Origin: the human T2T-CHM13v2.0 reference genome, Homo sapiens
DNA length: 64,000 nt
NCBI RefSeq assembly: GCF_009914755.1
Contig: NC_060946.1
Direction: 5' to 3' (one strand)
The notes under the pieces were generated by a model. That model was not told the DNA's origin and ran no database searches. It saw only the letters and a list, made by a program, of their open reading frames with translations. Made by a program: the position numbers and the translations under genes. Shown piece after piece: positions 38,370 through 53,400 of the stretch (the first letter of the stretch is position 1; each line of letters starts with the position of its first letter).

Positions 38370-41300
38370 CATTCCTTTCCATTCCATTCCAGTTCATTCC
38401 ATTCGGGTTTATTCCATTCCATTCCATTCCATTCCATTCCATTCCATTCCATTCCATTCCATTGCATTCCATTCCATTGCATTCCATTCCATTCTATTGC
38501 ATTCCATTCCACTCCACTCCATTCCATTCCATTCCCCTCGGGTTGATTCCATTGCATTCCATTCCAATCCATTCAATTCCATCCCATTCCATTCCATTCG
38601 GTTCATTCCATTCCATTCCGTTCCATTCTTTGCATTCCATTCCATTCCATTCCATTCCATTCCATTCCATTCCATTCCATTCCACTCGGGTTGATTCCAT
38701 ACCATTCCATTCCATTCCTTCCTTTCCATTCCATTCCTTTCCTGTCGGGTTGAATCCATTCCATTCCTTTCCATTCCATTCCATTCCTTTCCATTCCATT
38801 CCTCTCGGGTTGATTCCGTTGCATTGCATTCCATTCCATTGCATTTGGGTTGATTCCATTCCCTTCCATTCCATTCCATTCCATTCCATTCATTTACATT
38901 ATACTCCGGTTGATTCCATAGCATTCCATTCCATTCCATTCCATTCCATTCCATTCCATTTCATTTGGGTTGATTCCATTCTATTCTGTTCCATTCCATT
39001 CCATTCCATTCCTTTCCACTCCATTCCGTTCCATTCCATTCGGGTTGATTCCATTCCATTCCACTCCATTACATTCCTTCCACTCCATTACATTCCATTC
39101 CATTCCACCTGGCTTGATTCCATTCCATTCCATTCCATTCCATTCCATTCCATTCCATTCCAGTTGATTCCATTGGATTCTATGCTGTTCCATTCCATTC
39201 CATTCCATTCCTTTCCTCTCCATTCCATTACATTCCACTCGAGTTGATTCCAATCCATTCCATTCCATTACATTATATTTCATTAAAATCGGGTGGATTC
39301 CATTCCATTCCATTGCATTCCATTCCATTCCATTCCATTCTGGTTGATTCCATTCCGTTCCTTTCCATTCCATTCCATTCCGTTCCATTCCGTTCGTGTT
39401 GATTCCATTCCATTCCACTCCAATCCATTCCATTCCATTCCAATCCATTCCATTCCATTCAATTCCAGTCGCATTCCATCTATTCAATTCCATTTCATTC
39501 CGTTCTGTTCTTTTCCATTCTATTGCATTCCATACCATTCCATTCCACTCGGGATGTTTCCATTCCATTCCATTATATTCCATTCCATTCCATTCCATTC
39601 CATTCCACTCGGGTTGTTTCCATTCCATTAATTTCAATTTCATTCTATTCAATTCCATTCCATTCCACTCGGGTTGTTTCCATTCCATTAATTTCAATTT
39701 CATTCTATTCCATTCCATTCCATTCCATTATATTCCATTCCATTCCATTGCATTACATTCTATACCATTCCACTCGGGTTGATTCCATTCTATTCCATTC
39801 CATTCCATTCCATTCCATTCCATTCCATTCCATTCCATTCCTTTCCAATCGGGTTGATTCCATTCCATTCAATTGCATTCCGTTCCGTTCCATTCCATTC
39901 CATTTCATTCCATTGCATTCCATTCCATTACATTCCAAGGCATTCCATTCCACTCGGGTTGTTTCCATTACATTCCAGTAGTTTCAATTCCATTCCATTC
40001 CATTCCATTCCATTCCATTTCATTCCATTCCACTCGGTTTGATTCATTTCCATTGCATTCCATTCCAATGCATTCCATTCCATTCCATTCCATTCCATTC
40101 CATTCCTCTCAGGTTGGTTCGATTCAATTCCATGCCTTTTTATTCCATTCCATTCCATTCCATTCCATTCCATTCCATTCCATTCCTTTCCACTCGGGTT
40201 GATTCCATTCCATTCAATTGCATTCCTTTCCGTTCCATTCCATTCCATTTCATTCCATTGCATTCCATTCCATTACATTCCATTGCATTCCATTCCACTC
40301 GGGTTGTTTCCATTACATTCCAGTAGTTTCAATTCCATTCCATTCCATTCCATTCTATTCCGTTCCATTTCATTCCATTCCACTCGGTTTGATTCATTTC
40401 CATTCCATTCCATTCCATTCCATTCCATTCCATTCCATTCCATTTCATTCCATTCCATTTCATTCCACTTCTGTTTATTCCATTCCAGTCCATTCTATTC
40501 CATTCAATTGCATTCCATTCCATTCCATTCCATTCGGGTTTATTCCATTTCATTCCATTGCATTCCATTCCATTGCATTCCATTCCTTTCCATTCCATTC
40601 CATTCCATTTGTGTTGATTCCATTCCATTCCATTCCATTCCATTCCATTCCACTCCAATGCACTACATTCCATTCAGGTTGAATCCTTTCCATTCCATTC
40701 CAATGCATTCCCTTCGATTCATTTCCACTCGGATTCAGTCAATTCCATTCCATTCCATTCCGTTCTGTTCCAATCCATTCCATTGCATTCCATACCATTC
40801 CATTCCACTCGGGTTGATTCCATTGAATTCCATTGCATTCCTTTCCATTCCATTTTATTCCATTCCATTCCGTTCCATTCCTTTCCATTCCATACCATTC
40901 CACTCGGGTTGATTCCATACCATTCCATTCCATGAAATTCCATTCCATTCCACTCCACTCGGATTTATTACTTTCCATTCCATTCCATTCCATTCCATTC
41001 CATTCTATTCCATTCCATTCCATTCCGTTCCATTCGGGTTTATTCGATTCCATTCAATTCCATTCCACTCCCTTCCATTCCATTCCATTCCATTCCAGTC
41101 CATTCCATTCCATTCACTCCTTTCCATTCCATTCCATTCCCGTCGGGTTGATTCCATTCCATTCCTTTCCATTCCATTCCATTCGTTTCCATTCCATTCC
41201 TCTTAGGTTGATTCCGTTGCATTCCATTCCATTCCAATGCACTTGTGTTGATTCCGTTCCCTTCCATTCCATTCCATTCATTTACATTACACTCCGGTTC

Positions 41301-42750
41301 ATTCCATAGCATTCCATTCCATTCCATTCCATTCCATTCCAATCCATCCCATTCGGGTTGATTCCATTCTATTTTGTTCCACTCTATTCCATTCCATTCC
41401 ATTGCATTCCTATCCATTCCATTCCGCTCCATTCCATTCGGGTTGATTCCATTCCATTCCATTCCATTCAATTCCATTCCACTCCAATCCACTCCACTGC
41501 ATTCCATTCCATTCCATTCCATTCCATTCCATTCCATTCTATTCCATTCCATTCCATTCCATTCGGGTTGATTCCATAGCATTCCATTCCATTCCATTCC
41601 ATTCCATTCCATTCCATTCCACTGGGGTTGATTCCAAAGCATTCCATTCCATTCATTCCTTTCCATTCCATTCCATTCCTGTCGGGTTTAATCCATTCCA
41701 TTCCTTTCAATTCCATTCCATTCATTTCCATTCCATTCCTCTTCGGTTGATTCCGTTGCATTCCATTCCATTCCAATGCACTTGGCTTGATTCCATTCCC
41801 TTCCATTCCATTCCATTCCATTCATTTACATTACACTCCGGTTGATTCCATAGCATTCCATTCGATTCCATTCCATTTCATTCCATTCCATCCCATTTGG
41901 GTTGATTCCATTCTATTCTGTTCCACTCTATTCCATTCCATTCCATTCCATTCCTTTCCATTCCATTCCCTTCCATTCCATTCGGGTTGATTCCATTCCA
42001 TTCCATTCCATTCCATTCCGCTCCATTTCATTCGTGTTGATTCCATTCCATTCCACTCCAATCCATTCCATTCCATTCCAATCCATTCCATTCCATTCAA
42101 TTCCACTCGCATTCAATCTATTCCATTCCATTTCATTCCGTTCTGTTCCATTCAATTCTATTGCATTGCATACCATTCCATTCCACTCGGGATGATTCCA
42201 TTCCACTCCATTACATTCCGTTCCATTCCATTCCATTCCATTCCATTCCATTCCATTCCACTCGGGTTGATTCTTTCCCATTCCATTCCACTCGGGTTGT
42301 TACTATTCAATTAATTTCAATTTCTTTCTATTCCATTCCATTCCATTCCATTATATTCCATTCCATTGCACTCCATTCCATTCCATTCCTCTCCGATTAT
42401 TCCATTCCTTTCCATTCCATTTTATTCCATTCTATTCCATTGCATTCCATTCTATACGATTCCACTCGGGTTGATTCCATACCATTCTATTCCATTCCAT
42501 TCCATTAAATTCCATTCCATTCCATTCCACTCGGGTAGATTCCATTCCATTACATTCAATTCAATTACGTTCCTTTCCATTCCATTGCATTCCATTCTAT
42601 TCCATTCCATTCCATTAAATTCCATTCCATTCCATTCCACTCGGGTCGATTCAATTCCATTTCATGCCATTCCATTCCATTCCATTAGTTTCTAATCGGG
42701 TTGATTCCAATCCATTCCATTATATTCCAGTCCTTTTCATTCCATGCCAT
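38370..42750 (+). repeat. Second, shorter copy of the 30.5-35.9 kb block
   Basis: Same markers in order. Offsets step down 7.84, 7.31, 7.12, 6.83 kb, indicating several indels. Confidence 0.88.
39600..39720 (+). repeat. 60 bp tandem duplication
   Basis: 39601-39660 and 39661-39720 differ at one base. The sister site at ~31760-31810 has a single copy. Confidence 0.92.
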
Positions 42751-45700
42751 TCCACTCGGGTTGATTCCATTTTGTTGTATTCCATTCCATTCCATTCCAT
42801 TCCATTGCTTTCCATTCCATTCCATTCCATTGCATTCCATTCCACTCGGGTTGTTTCCATTCCGTTCCATTCCTTTCCATTCCATTCCATTCCATTCCAT
42901 TCCACTCGATTTGATTGCACTCCATTCCATTGCATTACATTCCATTTCATTCCAATCGGGTGGATTCCATTCCAATCCATTCCATTCCATTCAATTCCAC
43001 TCGCTTTCAGTCTATTCCTTTGCATTTCATTCCGTTCTGTTCCATTCCATTCCATTGCATTCCATACCATTCCATTCCACTCGGGATGATTCCATTCCAT
43101 ACCATTATATTCCGTTCCATTCCATTCCATTCCTTTCCACTCGGGTTGATTCCATTCCATTCCATTCCATTCCATTCCATTCCATTCCATTCCATTCCAC
43201 TCGGGATTTTTCCATTCCATTCCTTTCCATTTCATTCTATTCCATTCCATTCTATTCCATTCCATTCCATTCCATTCCACTCCATTCCATCCAATTCCTC
43301 TCCGGTTATTCCATTCCATTCCATTCCATTCCAGTCGGTTTGTTTCCGTTCCATTCCATTCAATTTTATTGCAGTCCATTCCATTCCATTACATTCTATA
43401 TCATTCCACTCGGGTTGATTCCATACCATTCTATTCCATTCCATTCCATTAAATTTCAATCCATTCCATTCCACTAGGGTAGATTCCATTCCATTCCATT
43501 CCATTGCATTCCGTTCCATTCCATTCCATTCCATTCCATTCCACTCGGGTAGATTCCATTCTATTCCATGCCATTCCATTCCATTCCATTAGTTTCTAAT
43601 CGGGTTGATTCCAATCCATTCCATTATATTCAAGTCCTTTTCATTCCATGCCATTCCACTCGGGTTGTTTCCATTTTGTTGTATTCCGTTCCATTCCATT
43701 CCATTCCATTCCATTGCATTCCATTCCATTCCATTCCATTCCATTCCATTCTATTGCATTCCATTCCACTCGGGTTGTTTCCATTCCGTTCCATCAGTTT
43801 CCATTCCATTCCATTCCTTTCCATTCCATTCCATTACATTCCATTCCTTTCCACTCAGGGTGATTCCATTCCATTCCATTCCAATGCATTCCATTCCAGT
43901 TGATACCATTGCATTGCATTGTCTCCATTCCATTCCATTCCATTCCATTCCATTCAATTCCATTCCATTCCACTCGGTTTGTTTCCATTCCATTCCATTC
44001 CATTTTATTCCATTCCATTCCATTCCATTTTATTCTATACCATTCCACTCGCGTTGATTCCATACCATTCTATTCCATTCCATTTTATTAAATTCCATTC
44101 CATTCCATTCCACTCGGGTAGATTCCATTCCATTCCATTCCACTCGTGTAGTTTCCTTTTCATTCCATTCAATTCTGTTCCATTCCATTCCATTCCATTC
44201 CATTCCATTCCATTCCATTCCATTAAAATCCATTCCATTCCATTCCACTCGGGTAGATTGCATTCCATTCCATTCCATTCCATTCCATTCTGGTTCATTC
44301 CATTCCATTCCATTTCATTCCTTTCCATTCCATTCCATTCCATTCCATTCCATTCCATTCCACTCCATTCCGTTGCATTCCATTCCATTCCATTCCATTC
44401 CACTCGGGTTGATTCCATTCCGTTCCTTTCCATTCCATTCCATTCCGTTCCATTCTATTAGTGTTCATTCCGTTCCATTCCACTACAATCCATTGCATTC
44501 TATTCCAATCCATTCCATTCCATTCAATTCCACTCGCATTCATTCTATTCCATTCCATTTCATTCCGTTCTGTTCCATTCCATTCTATTGCATTTCATAC
44601 CATTCCATTCCATACGGGATGATTCCATTCCATTCCATTATATTCCGTTCCATTCCATTCCATTCCATTCCACACGGGTTGATTCCATTCCATTCCATTC
44701 CATTCCATTCCATTCCATTCCACTCGGGTTGTTTCCATTCCATTCCTTTCAATTTCATTATTTTCCATTCCATTCCATTCCATTCTATTCCATTCCATTC
44801 CAATCCATTCCATTCCATTCATCTCCAGTTATTCCATTCCATTCCACTCGGGTTGTTTCCATTCCATTCCATTCCATTCCATTCCATTCCATTTTATTCC
44901 ATTCCATTCCATTCCATTACATTCTGTACCATTCCACTCGGGTTTATCCCATGCCATTCTATTCCATTCCATTCCATTAAATTCCATACCATTCCATTCC
45001 ACTTGGGTAGATTCCATTCCATTCCATTCCACTCGGAATGATTCCATTCCATTCCTATATATTCCGTTCCATTCCATTCATTTACATTACACTCCAGTTG
45101 ATTCCATTGCATTCCATTCCATTCCCTTCCCTTCCATCCCATTCGTGTTGATTCCATTCTATTCCATTCCGTTCCATTCCATTCAATTCCTTTCCATTCC
45201 ATTCCATTCCATTCCATTCCATTCCGTTCCATTCCATTCGTGTTGATTCGATTCCATTCCACTCCAATCCATTCCATTCCATTCCAATCCATTCCATTCC
45301 ATTCAATTCCACTCGCATTCAATCTATTCCATTCCATTTCATTTCGTTCTGTTCCATTCCATTCTATTGCATTCCGTGCAATTCCATTCCACTCGGGACG
45401 ATTCCATTCCATTCCATTATATTCCATTCCAGTCCATTTTATTCCTTTCCATTCCATTACATTTCATTCTATACCATTCCACTCGGGTTGATTCCATACA
45501 ATTCTATTCCCTTCCTTTCCATTAAATTCCATGCCATTCCATTCCACTCGGGTAGATTCCATTGCATTCCATTCCATTCCATTCCATTCCGTTCCATTAA
45601 ATTGCATTCCATTCCATTCTGCTCGGGTAGATTCCATTCCATTCCATTCCATTCCGTTCCATTCCATTCAATTCCATTCCATTAGTTTCTAATCGGGTTG

Positions 45701-48700
45701 ATTCCAACCCATTCCATTATATTCAAATCCTTTCCATTCCATGCCATTCCACTCGGTTGTTTCCATTTAGTTGTATTCCATTCCATTCCATGCCATTCCA
45801 TTCCATTCCATTACATTCTATTGGTTTGTATTTGGGTTGATTCCAATCCATTCCATTATATTCAAATCCTTTCCATTCCATGCCATTCCACTCGGGTTGT
45901 TTCCATTTAGTTGTATTCCATTCCATTCCATTCCATTCCATTCCCTTCCATTCCATTCCATTCCTTTCCATTCCATTGCATTCCATTCCACTCGTGTTGT
46001 TTACATTCCGTTCCATTACTTTCCATTCATTTCCATTCCATTCCATTCCATTCCATTCCATTCCATTCCTTTCCACTCAGGGTGATTCCATTCCATTCCA
46101 TTCCAATGCATTCCATTCCAGTTGACACCATTGCAAGGCATTGTCTCCATTCCATTCCATTCGATTCCATTCCATTCCATTCCATTCCATTCCATTCCAT
46201 TCCATTCCATTCCTCCCGGGTTGATTCCATTCCATTCCATGCCCTTTTATTCCATTCCATTCCATTCCCTTCCATTCCATTCCATTCCATTCCATACCAT
46301 TCCATTAAAGTTGATTGCATGCTATTCCATTCCATTCCATTCCATTCCATTCCATTCCATTCCATTCCATTCCATTGAATTCCATTCCTTTCCACTTGGG
46401 TTGATTCCATTCCATTCAATTCCGTTCCGTTCTGTTCCGTACCATTCCATTCCTTTCCATTCCATTCCATTCCATTCCATTTCACTCCTTTGCATTCCAC
46501 TCCGTTTGATTCCATTCCATTCCATTCCATTCCATACCCTTCTGGTTGATTCCTTCCCATTCCATTCCATTCCATACCATTCCACTCCATTCCATTCCAT
46601 TCCGTTCGGGTTTATTCTGTTCCATTAACTGCCCTTTTATTCCATTTCTTTCAATTCAATTCCATTCCATTCCATTCTATTCCATACCATTCCACCAAAC
46701 TTGATTGCATGTTATTCCATTCCATTCCATTCCCTTCCATCCCATTCCATTCCATTCCATTCCACTCGGGTTGATTCCATTCCATTCAATTCTGTTCTGT
46801 TCCGTTCCATTCCGTTCCATTCCATTCCATTTCATTCCATTGCATTCCACTCGGGTTGATTCCATTCCTTTCCATTCCATTCTATTCAATTCCATGACAT
46901 TGTATTCCGTACCATTCCATTCCGTTCCATTCCATTCCATTCCATTCCATTCCATTCATTCCTTTCCATTCCATTCCATTCCAGTCGGGTTGATTCCATA
47001 CCATTCCTTTACATTCCATTCCAGTCCATTACATTGCATTCCATTCCATTTCATTCCATCCCATTCCATTGAATTCCATTCCACTCGGGTTGTTTCCATT
47101 CCATTCCAGTATTTTCCATTCTATTCCATTCCATTCCATTCCATTTGACTAACTTCGATTCCATTCCATTCCATTCCATTCCATTCCATTCCATTCCATT
47201 CCATTCCAGTTGATTCCATTGCATACCATTCCGTTCCATTCTATTCAATTCCATTCCATTCCACTCTGGTTGATACCATTCCATTAAATTCCATTCCATT
47301 CCATTCTATTCTGTGCCACTCAGGTTGATTCCATTCCATTCCATTCATTTTATTCCCCTCCACTCGTGTTGATTCCATTCCATTCCATTCCATTCCATTG
47401 CATTCCATTCCATTCCATTGCATTCCACTCTTGTTGATTACATTGCATTCCATTCCATTCCATTCCATTCCGTTCCTTTCTACTCGGCTTGATTTCATTC
47501 CATTCCATTCCATTCCATTTCATTCCATTCCATTCCATTCCGTTTCATTCCACTGGTGTTTATTCCATTCCACTCCATTCCATTCCATTCCATTCCATTC
47601 CATTCCATTCCATTCCATTCGTGTTTATTCCGTTTCATTCCATTCCATTCCATTCCCTTCCTTTCCATTCTATTCCATTCCATTCCATTCCATTCCATTT
47701 GTTTTGATTCCATTCCATTCCCTTCCACTCAGGGTGATTCCCTTCCATTCCATTCCATTCCATTCCGTTCCATTCCATTCCATTTCATTGTATTCCACTC
47801 TTCTTGATTCCATTGCATTCCATTCCATTCCACTCCTTTCCATTCCATTTCATTCCATTCCAGTTGATTCCATTCCTTTCCATTCCATTCCATTCCATTC
47901 CATCCCATTCCATTCGGTTCCATGCTACTCGTGTTGATTTTATTCCATTCCATTCCACTCCATTCCTTTCCATTCCAATCCATTCCATTCCATTCCATTC
48001 CACCCGTATTGATTCCATTCCATGCCATTCCATTCCAGTTGATTCCATTGGATTCAATTCCTTTCCATTCCATTGCATTCCATTCCATTCCTTTTCATTC
48101 CATTCCACTCGATTTCATTCCACTCCATTCCATTGTATTACATTCCATTTCATTCCAATCGGGTGGATTCCATTCCATTCCATTCAATTCCTTTCCATTC
48201 CATTCCATTCCATTCCACTCGGGTTGATTCCATTCCATTCCTTTCCATTCCATTCCATTCCATTCCATTCCGTCTAATTCCTTTCATGTTGATTCCATTC
48301 CATTCCACTCCAATCCATTCCATTCCATTCCAATCCATTCCATTCGATTCAATTCCACTCGCTTTCAGTCTATTCCATTGCATTTCGTTCCGTTCTGTTC
48401 CATTCCATTCCATTGTATTCCATAACATTCCATTCCACTCTGGATGATTCCATTCCATACCATTATATTCCGTTCCATTCCATTCCATTCCATTCTACTC
48501 GGGTTGATTCCATTCCATTCCATTCCATTCCATTCCATTCCATTCTATTCCACTCGGGATGTTTCCATTCCATTCCTTTCCATTTCATTCTATTCCATTC
48601 CATTCCATTCCATTCCATTCCATTCCATTGGGTGTGTTTCCATTCCATTCCATTCCATTTTATTCCATTCCATTCCATTCCATTACATTCTATAGCATTC

Positions 48701-50429
48701 CACTCGGGTTGCTTCCATACAATTCTATTCCATTCCATTCCATTAAATTGCATTCCATTCCATTCCACTCGGGTAGATTCCATTCCATTCCATTCCATTG
48801 CATTCCGTTCCATTCCATTCCATTCCATTCCATTCCATTAATTTCCATTCCATTCCATTCAACTCGAGTATTTTCCATTCCATTCCATTCCATTAGTTTC
48901 TAATCGGGTTGACTCCAATCCATTTCATTATATTCAAGCCCTTTTCATTCCATACCATTCCACTCGGGTTGTTTCCATTTTGTTGTATTCCATTCCATTC
49001 CATTCCATTCCATTCCATTCCATTCCATTGCATTCCATTCCATTGCATTCCATTCCATTCCATTCCATTCCATTCCATTCCTTTCCATTCCATTCCTCTC
49101 GGGTTGATTCTGTTGCATTACATTCCATTCCAATGCCCTTGGTTTGATTGCATTCCCTTCCCTTCCATTCCACTCCATTTCATTCCATTCATTTACATTA
49201 CACTCCGGTTGATTCCATAGCATTCCATTCCATTCCATTCCATTCCATTCCATCCCATTCGGATTGATTCCATTCTATTCTGTTCCATTCCATTCCATTC
49301 CATTTCATTCCATACCATTCCATTCCATTCCTTTCCATTCCATTCCGTTCCATTACATTCGGGTTGATTCCATTCCATTCCATTCCATTCCATTCCACTC
49401 CAGTCCATTCCATTCCACTCCATTACATTCCATTCCATCCCACCCGAATTGATTCCATTCCATTCCATTCCATTCCATTCCAGTTGATTCCATTGGATTC
49501 GATTCTGTTCCATTCCATTCCATTCCATGTCACTCCATTCCACTCGAGTTGATTCCAATCCATTCCATTACATTTCATTCTACTCGGGTTGATTCCATTC
49601 CGTTCCTTTCCTTTCCATTCCATCCCGTTCCATTCCATTCGTGTAGATTCCATTCCATTCCACTACAATCCATTCCATTCCATTCCAATCCATTCCATTC
49701 CATTGAATTCCACTCGCACTCAATCTATTCCATTCCATTTCATTCCGTTCTGTTCCATTCCATTCTATTGCATTCCATACCATTCCATTCCACTCGGGAT
49801 GATTCCATTCCATTCCATTATATTCCGTTAAATTCAATTCCATTCCATTCCACTCGGGTTGATTCCATTCCATTCCATTCCATTCCATTCCATTCCATTC
49901 CATTCCATTCCACTCGGGTTGTTTCCATTCCATTCCTTTCAATTTCATCCTATTCCATTCCATTCCATTCCATTCTATTCCATTCCATTCCACTCCATTC
50001 CATTCCATTCCTCTCCGGTTATTCCATTCCATTCCACTCGGGTTGTCTCCATTCCATTCCATTCCATTTTATTCCATTCCGTTCCATTCCATTACATTCT
50101 ATTCCATTCCACTCGGGTGGATCCCATGCCATTATATTCCATTCCATTCCATTCCATTAAATTCCATACCATTCCATTCCACTCGGGTAGATTCCATTCC
50201 ATTACATTCCATTCCACTCGGGATGATTCCATTCAATTCCATTATATTCCATTCCATTCCATTCATTTACATTACACTCCGGTTGATTCCAGTGCATTCC
50301 ATTCCATTCCCTTCCCTTCCATCCCGTTCGTGTTGATTCCATTCCATTCCGTTCCTTTCCATTCCATTCCATTCCATTCCACTCGGTTTGATTCATTTCC
50401 ATTCCATTCCGTTCCAATCCATTCCTCTC

Positions 50430-53400
50430 GGGTTGATTCCATTCCATTCCTTGCCCTTTTATTCCATTCCATTCCATTCCATTCCATTCCATTCCATTCC
50501 ATTCCTTTCCATTCCATTCCATACCATTCCACCAAAGTTGATTGCATGCTATTCCATTCCATTCCATTCCATTCCATTCCATTCCATTCCATTCCATTCC
50601 ATTCCACTCGGGTTGTTTCCATTCCATTCCTTTCAATTTCATTCTATTCCATTCCATTCCATTCCATTCCATTCCATTCCATTCCATTCTATTCAATTCC
50701 ATTCCACTGCATTCCATTCCATTCCTCTCCGGTTGTTCCATTCCATTCCACTCGGGATGTTTCCATTCCATTCCATTCCATTCCATTTTATTCCATTCCA
50801 TTCCATTACAATACATTCTATACCATTCCACTCCGGTTGATTCCATACCATTCTATTCCGTTCCATTCCATTAAATTCCATACCATTCCATTTCACTCGG
50901 GTAGATTCCATTCCATTCCATTCCATTCCACTCGGGATGATTCCATTCCATTCCATTATATTCCGTTCCATTCCATTCATTTACATTACACTCCGGTTGA
51001 TTCCATAGCATTCCATTTCATTCCCTTCAGTTCCAACCCATTCGTTTTGATTCCATTCCATTCCGTTCCATTCCATTCCATTCCTTTCCATTCCATTGCG
51101 TTCCATTCCATTCGGGTTGATTCCATTCCATTCCATTCCATTCCACTCCATTCCTTTCCATTCCACTCCATTACATTCCATTCCATTCCATCCGGATTGA
51201 TTCCATGCCATTCCATTCCATTTCATTCCATTCCATTCCAGTTGATTCCACTGGATTCAATTCCGTTCCATTCCATTCCATTCCATTCCATTCCACTCGA
51301 TTTGATTCCACTCCATTCCATTGCATTACATTCCTTTTCATTCAAATCGGGTGGATTCCATTCCACTCCATTCCATTGCATTACATTCCATTTCACTCCC
51401 TTCGGGTGGATTCCATTCCATTCCACTCCAATCCATTCCATTCCATTCCAATGAATTCCATTCCATTCGTGTTGATTCCATTCCATTCCACTCCAATCCA
51501 TTCCATTCCATTCCAATGCATTCCATTCCATTCAATTCCATTCGCATTCAATCTATTCCATTACATTTCATTCCGTTCTGTTCCATTCCGTTCCATTCCA
51601 TTTCATACCATTCCATTCCACTCGGGTTGATCCCATTCCATCCCATTATATTCCGTTCCATTCCATTCCATTCCACTCGGGTTGCTTCCTATCCATTCCA
51701 TTCCATTCCATTCCATTCCATTCCATTCCATTCCACTCGGGATGTTTGCATTCCATTCCTTTCCATTTCATTCTATTCCATTCCATTCCATTCCGTTCCA
51801 TTCCATCCCATTCCATTCTATTCCATTCCATTCCACTCCATTCCATTCCATTCCATTCCATTCCATTCCATTCCATTCCATTCCACTCGGGATATTTCCA
51901 TTCCATTCCATTCCATTGCCTTCCGTTCCATTCCATTCCATTCCATTCCTTTCCATTCCTTTCAATTCCATTAAATTCCATTCCATTCCATTCCACTCGG
52001 GTAGATTCCATTCCATTCCATGCCATTCCATTCCATTCCATTAGTTTGTAATCGGGTTGATTCCAATCCATTCCATTATATTCAAGTCCTTTTCATTCCA
52101 TGCCATTCCACTCGGGTTGTTTCCATTTTGTTTTATTCCATTCCATTCCATTCCATTCCATTCCATTGCATTCCATTCCATTCCATGCCATTCCATTGCA
52201 TTCCATTCCACTCGGATTGTTTCCATTCCGTTCCATTAGTTTCCATTTCATTCCATTCCTTTCCATTCCATTCCATTCCATTCCATTCCATTCCATTCCT
52301 TTCCATTCCATTCCATTCCATTCCATTCCTTTCCACTCAAGGTGATTCCATTCCATTCCTTTCCAATGCATTCCATTCCAGTTGATACCATTCCATTGCA
52401 TTGTCTCCATTCCATTCCATTCCATTCCATTCCATTACATTCCACTCGGTTTGTTTCCATTCCATTTTATTCCATTCCTTTCCATTGCATTATATTCTAT
52501 ATCATTCCACTCGCGTTGATTCCATACCATTCTATTCCATTCCATTGCATTAAATTCCATTCCATTCCATTCAACTCGGGTAGATTCCATTCCATTCCAT
52601 GCCATTCCATTCCATTCCATTCCATTCCATTCCATTCCATTTAATCCATTACATTCCATTCCACTCGGGTAGATTCCATTCCATTCCATGCCATTCCATT
52701 CCATGCCATTCCATTCCATTCCATTCCATTCCATTCTATTAGTTTGTAATCGGGTTGATTCCAATCCATTCCATTATATTCAAGTCCTTTCCATTCCATG
52801 CCATTCCACTCGGGTTGTTTCCGTTTTATTGTATTCCATTCCATTCCATTCCATTCCATTCCATTCCATTCCATTCCATTCCATTGCATTCAATTCAACT
52901 CGGGTTGTTTCCATTACGTTCCATTAGTTTCCATTCCATTCCATTCCTTTCCATTCCATTCCATTCCATTACTTTCCACTCACGGTGATTACATTCCATT
53001 TCATTCCAATGCATTCCATTCCCGTTGATACCATTGCATTGCATTGTTTCCATTCCATTCCATTCCATTAGATTACGTTCCATTCTATCTGGTTTGATTG
53101 ATTTCCATTCCATTCCATTCCATTCCATTGCATTCCATTCCTCTCGGGTTGATTCCATTCCATTCCATGCCCTTTTATTCCCCTCCATTCCATTCCATTC
53201 CATTCCATTCCATACCATTCCACCAAAGTTGATTGCATGCTATTCCACTCCATTCCATTCCATTCCATTCCATTCCATTCCATTCCATTCCATTCCACTC
53301 GGGTTGTTTCCATTCCGTTCCTTTCAATTTCATTCTATTCCATTCCATTCCATTCCATTCCATTCCATTCCATTCCATTCCATTCAATTCCATTCCACTG

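Noticed and set aside
49859-51454. Longest ORF, 531 aa
   Set aside because: It begins at the TTG of a GGGTTGATT decamer and is pure satellite. Its length reflects chance phasing of the TGA stops in the decamers.
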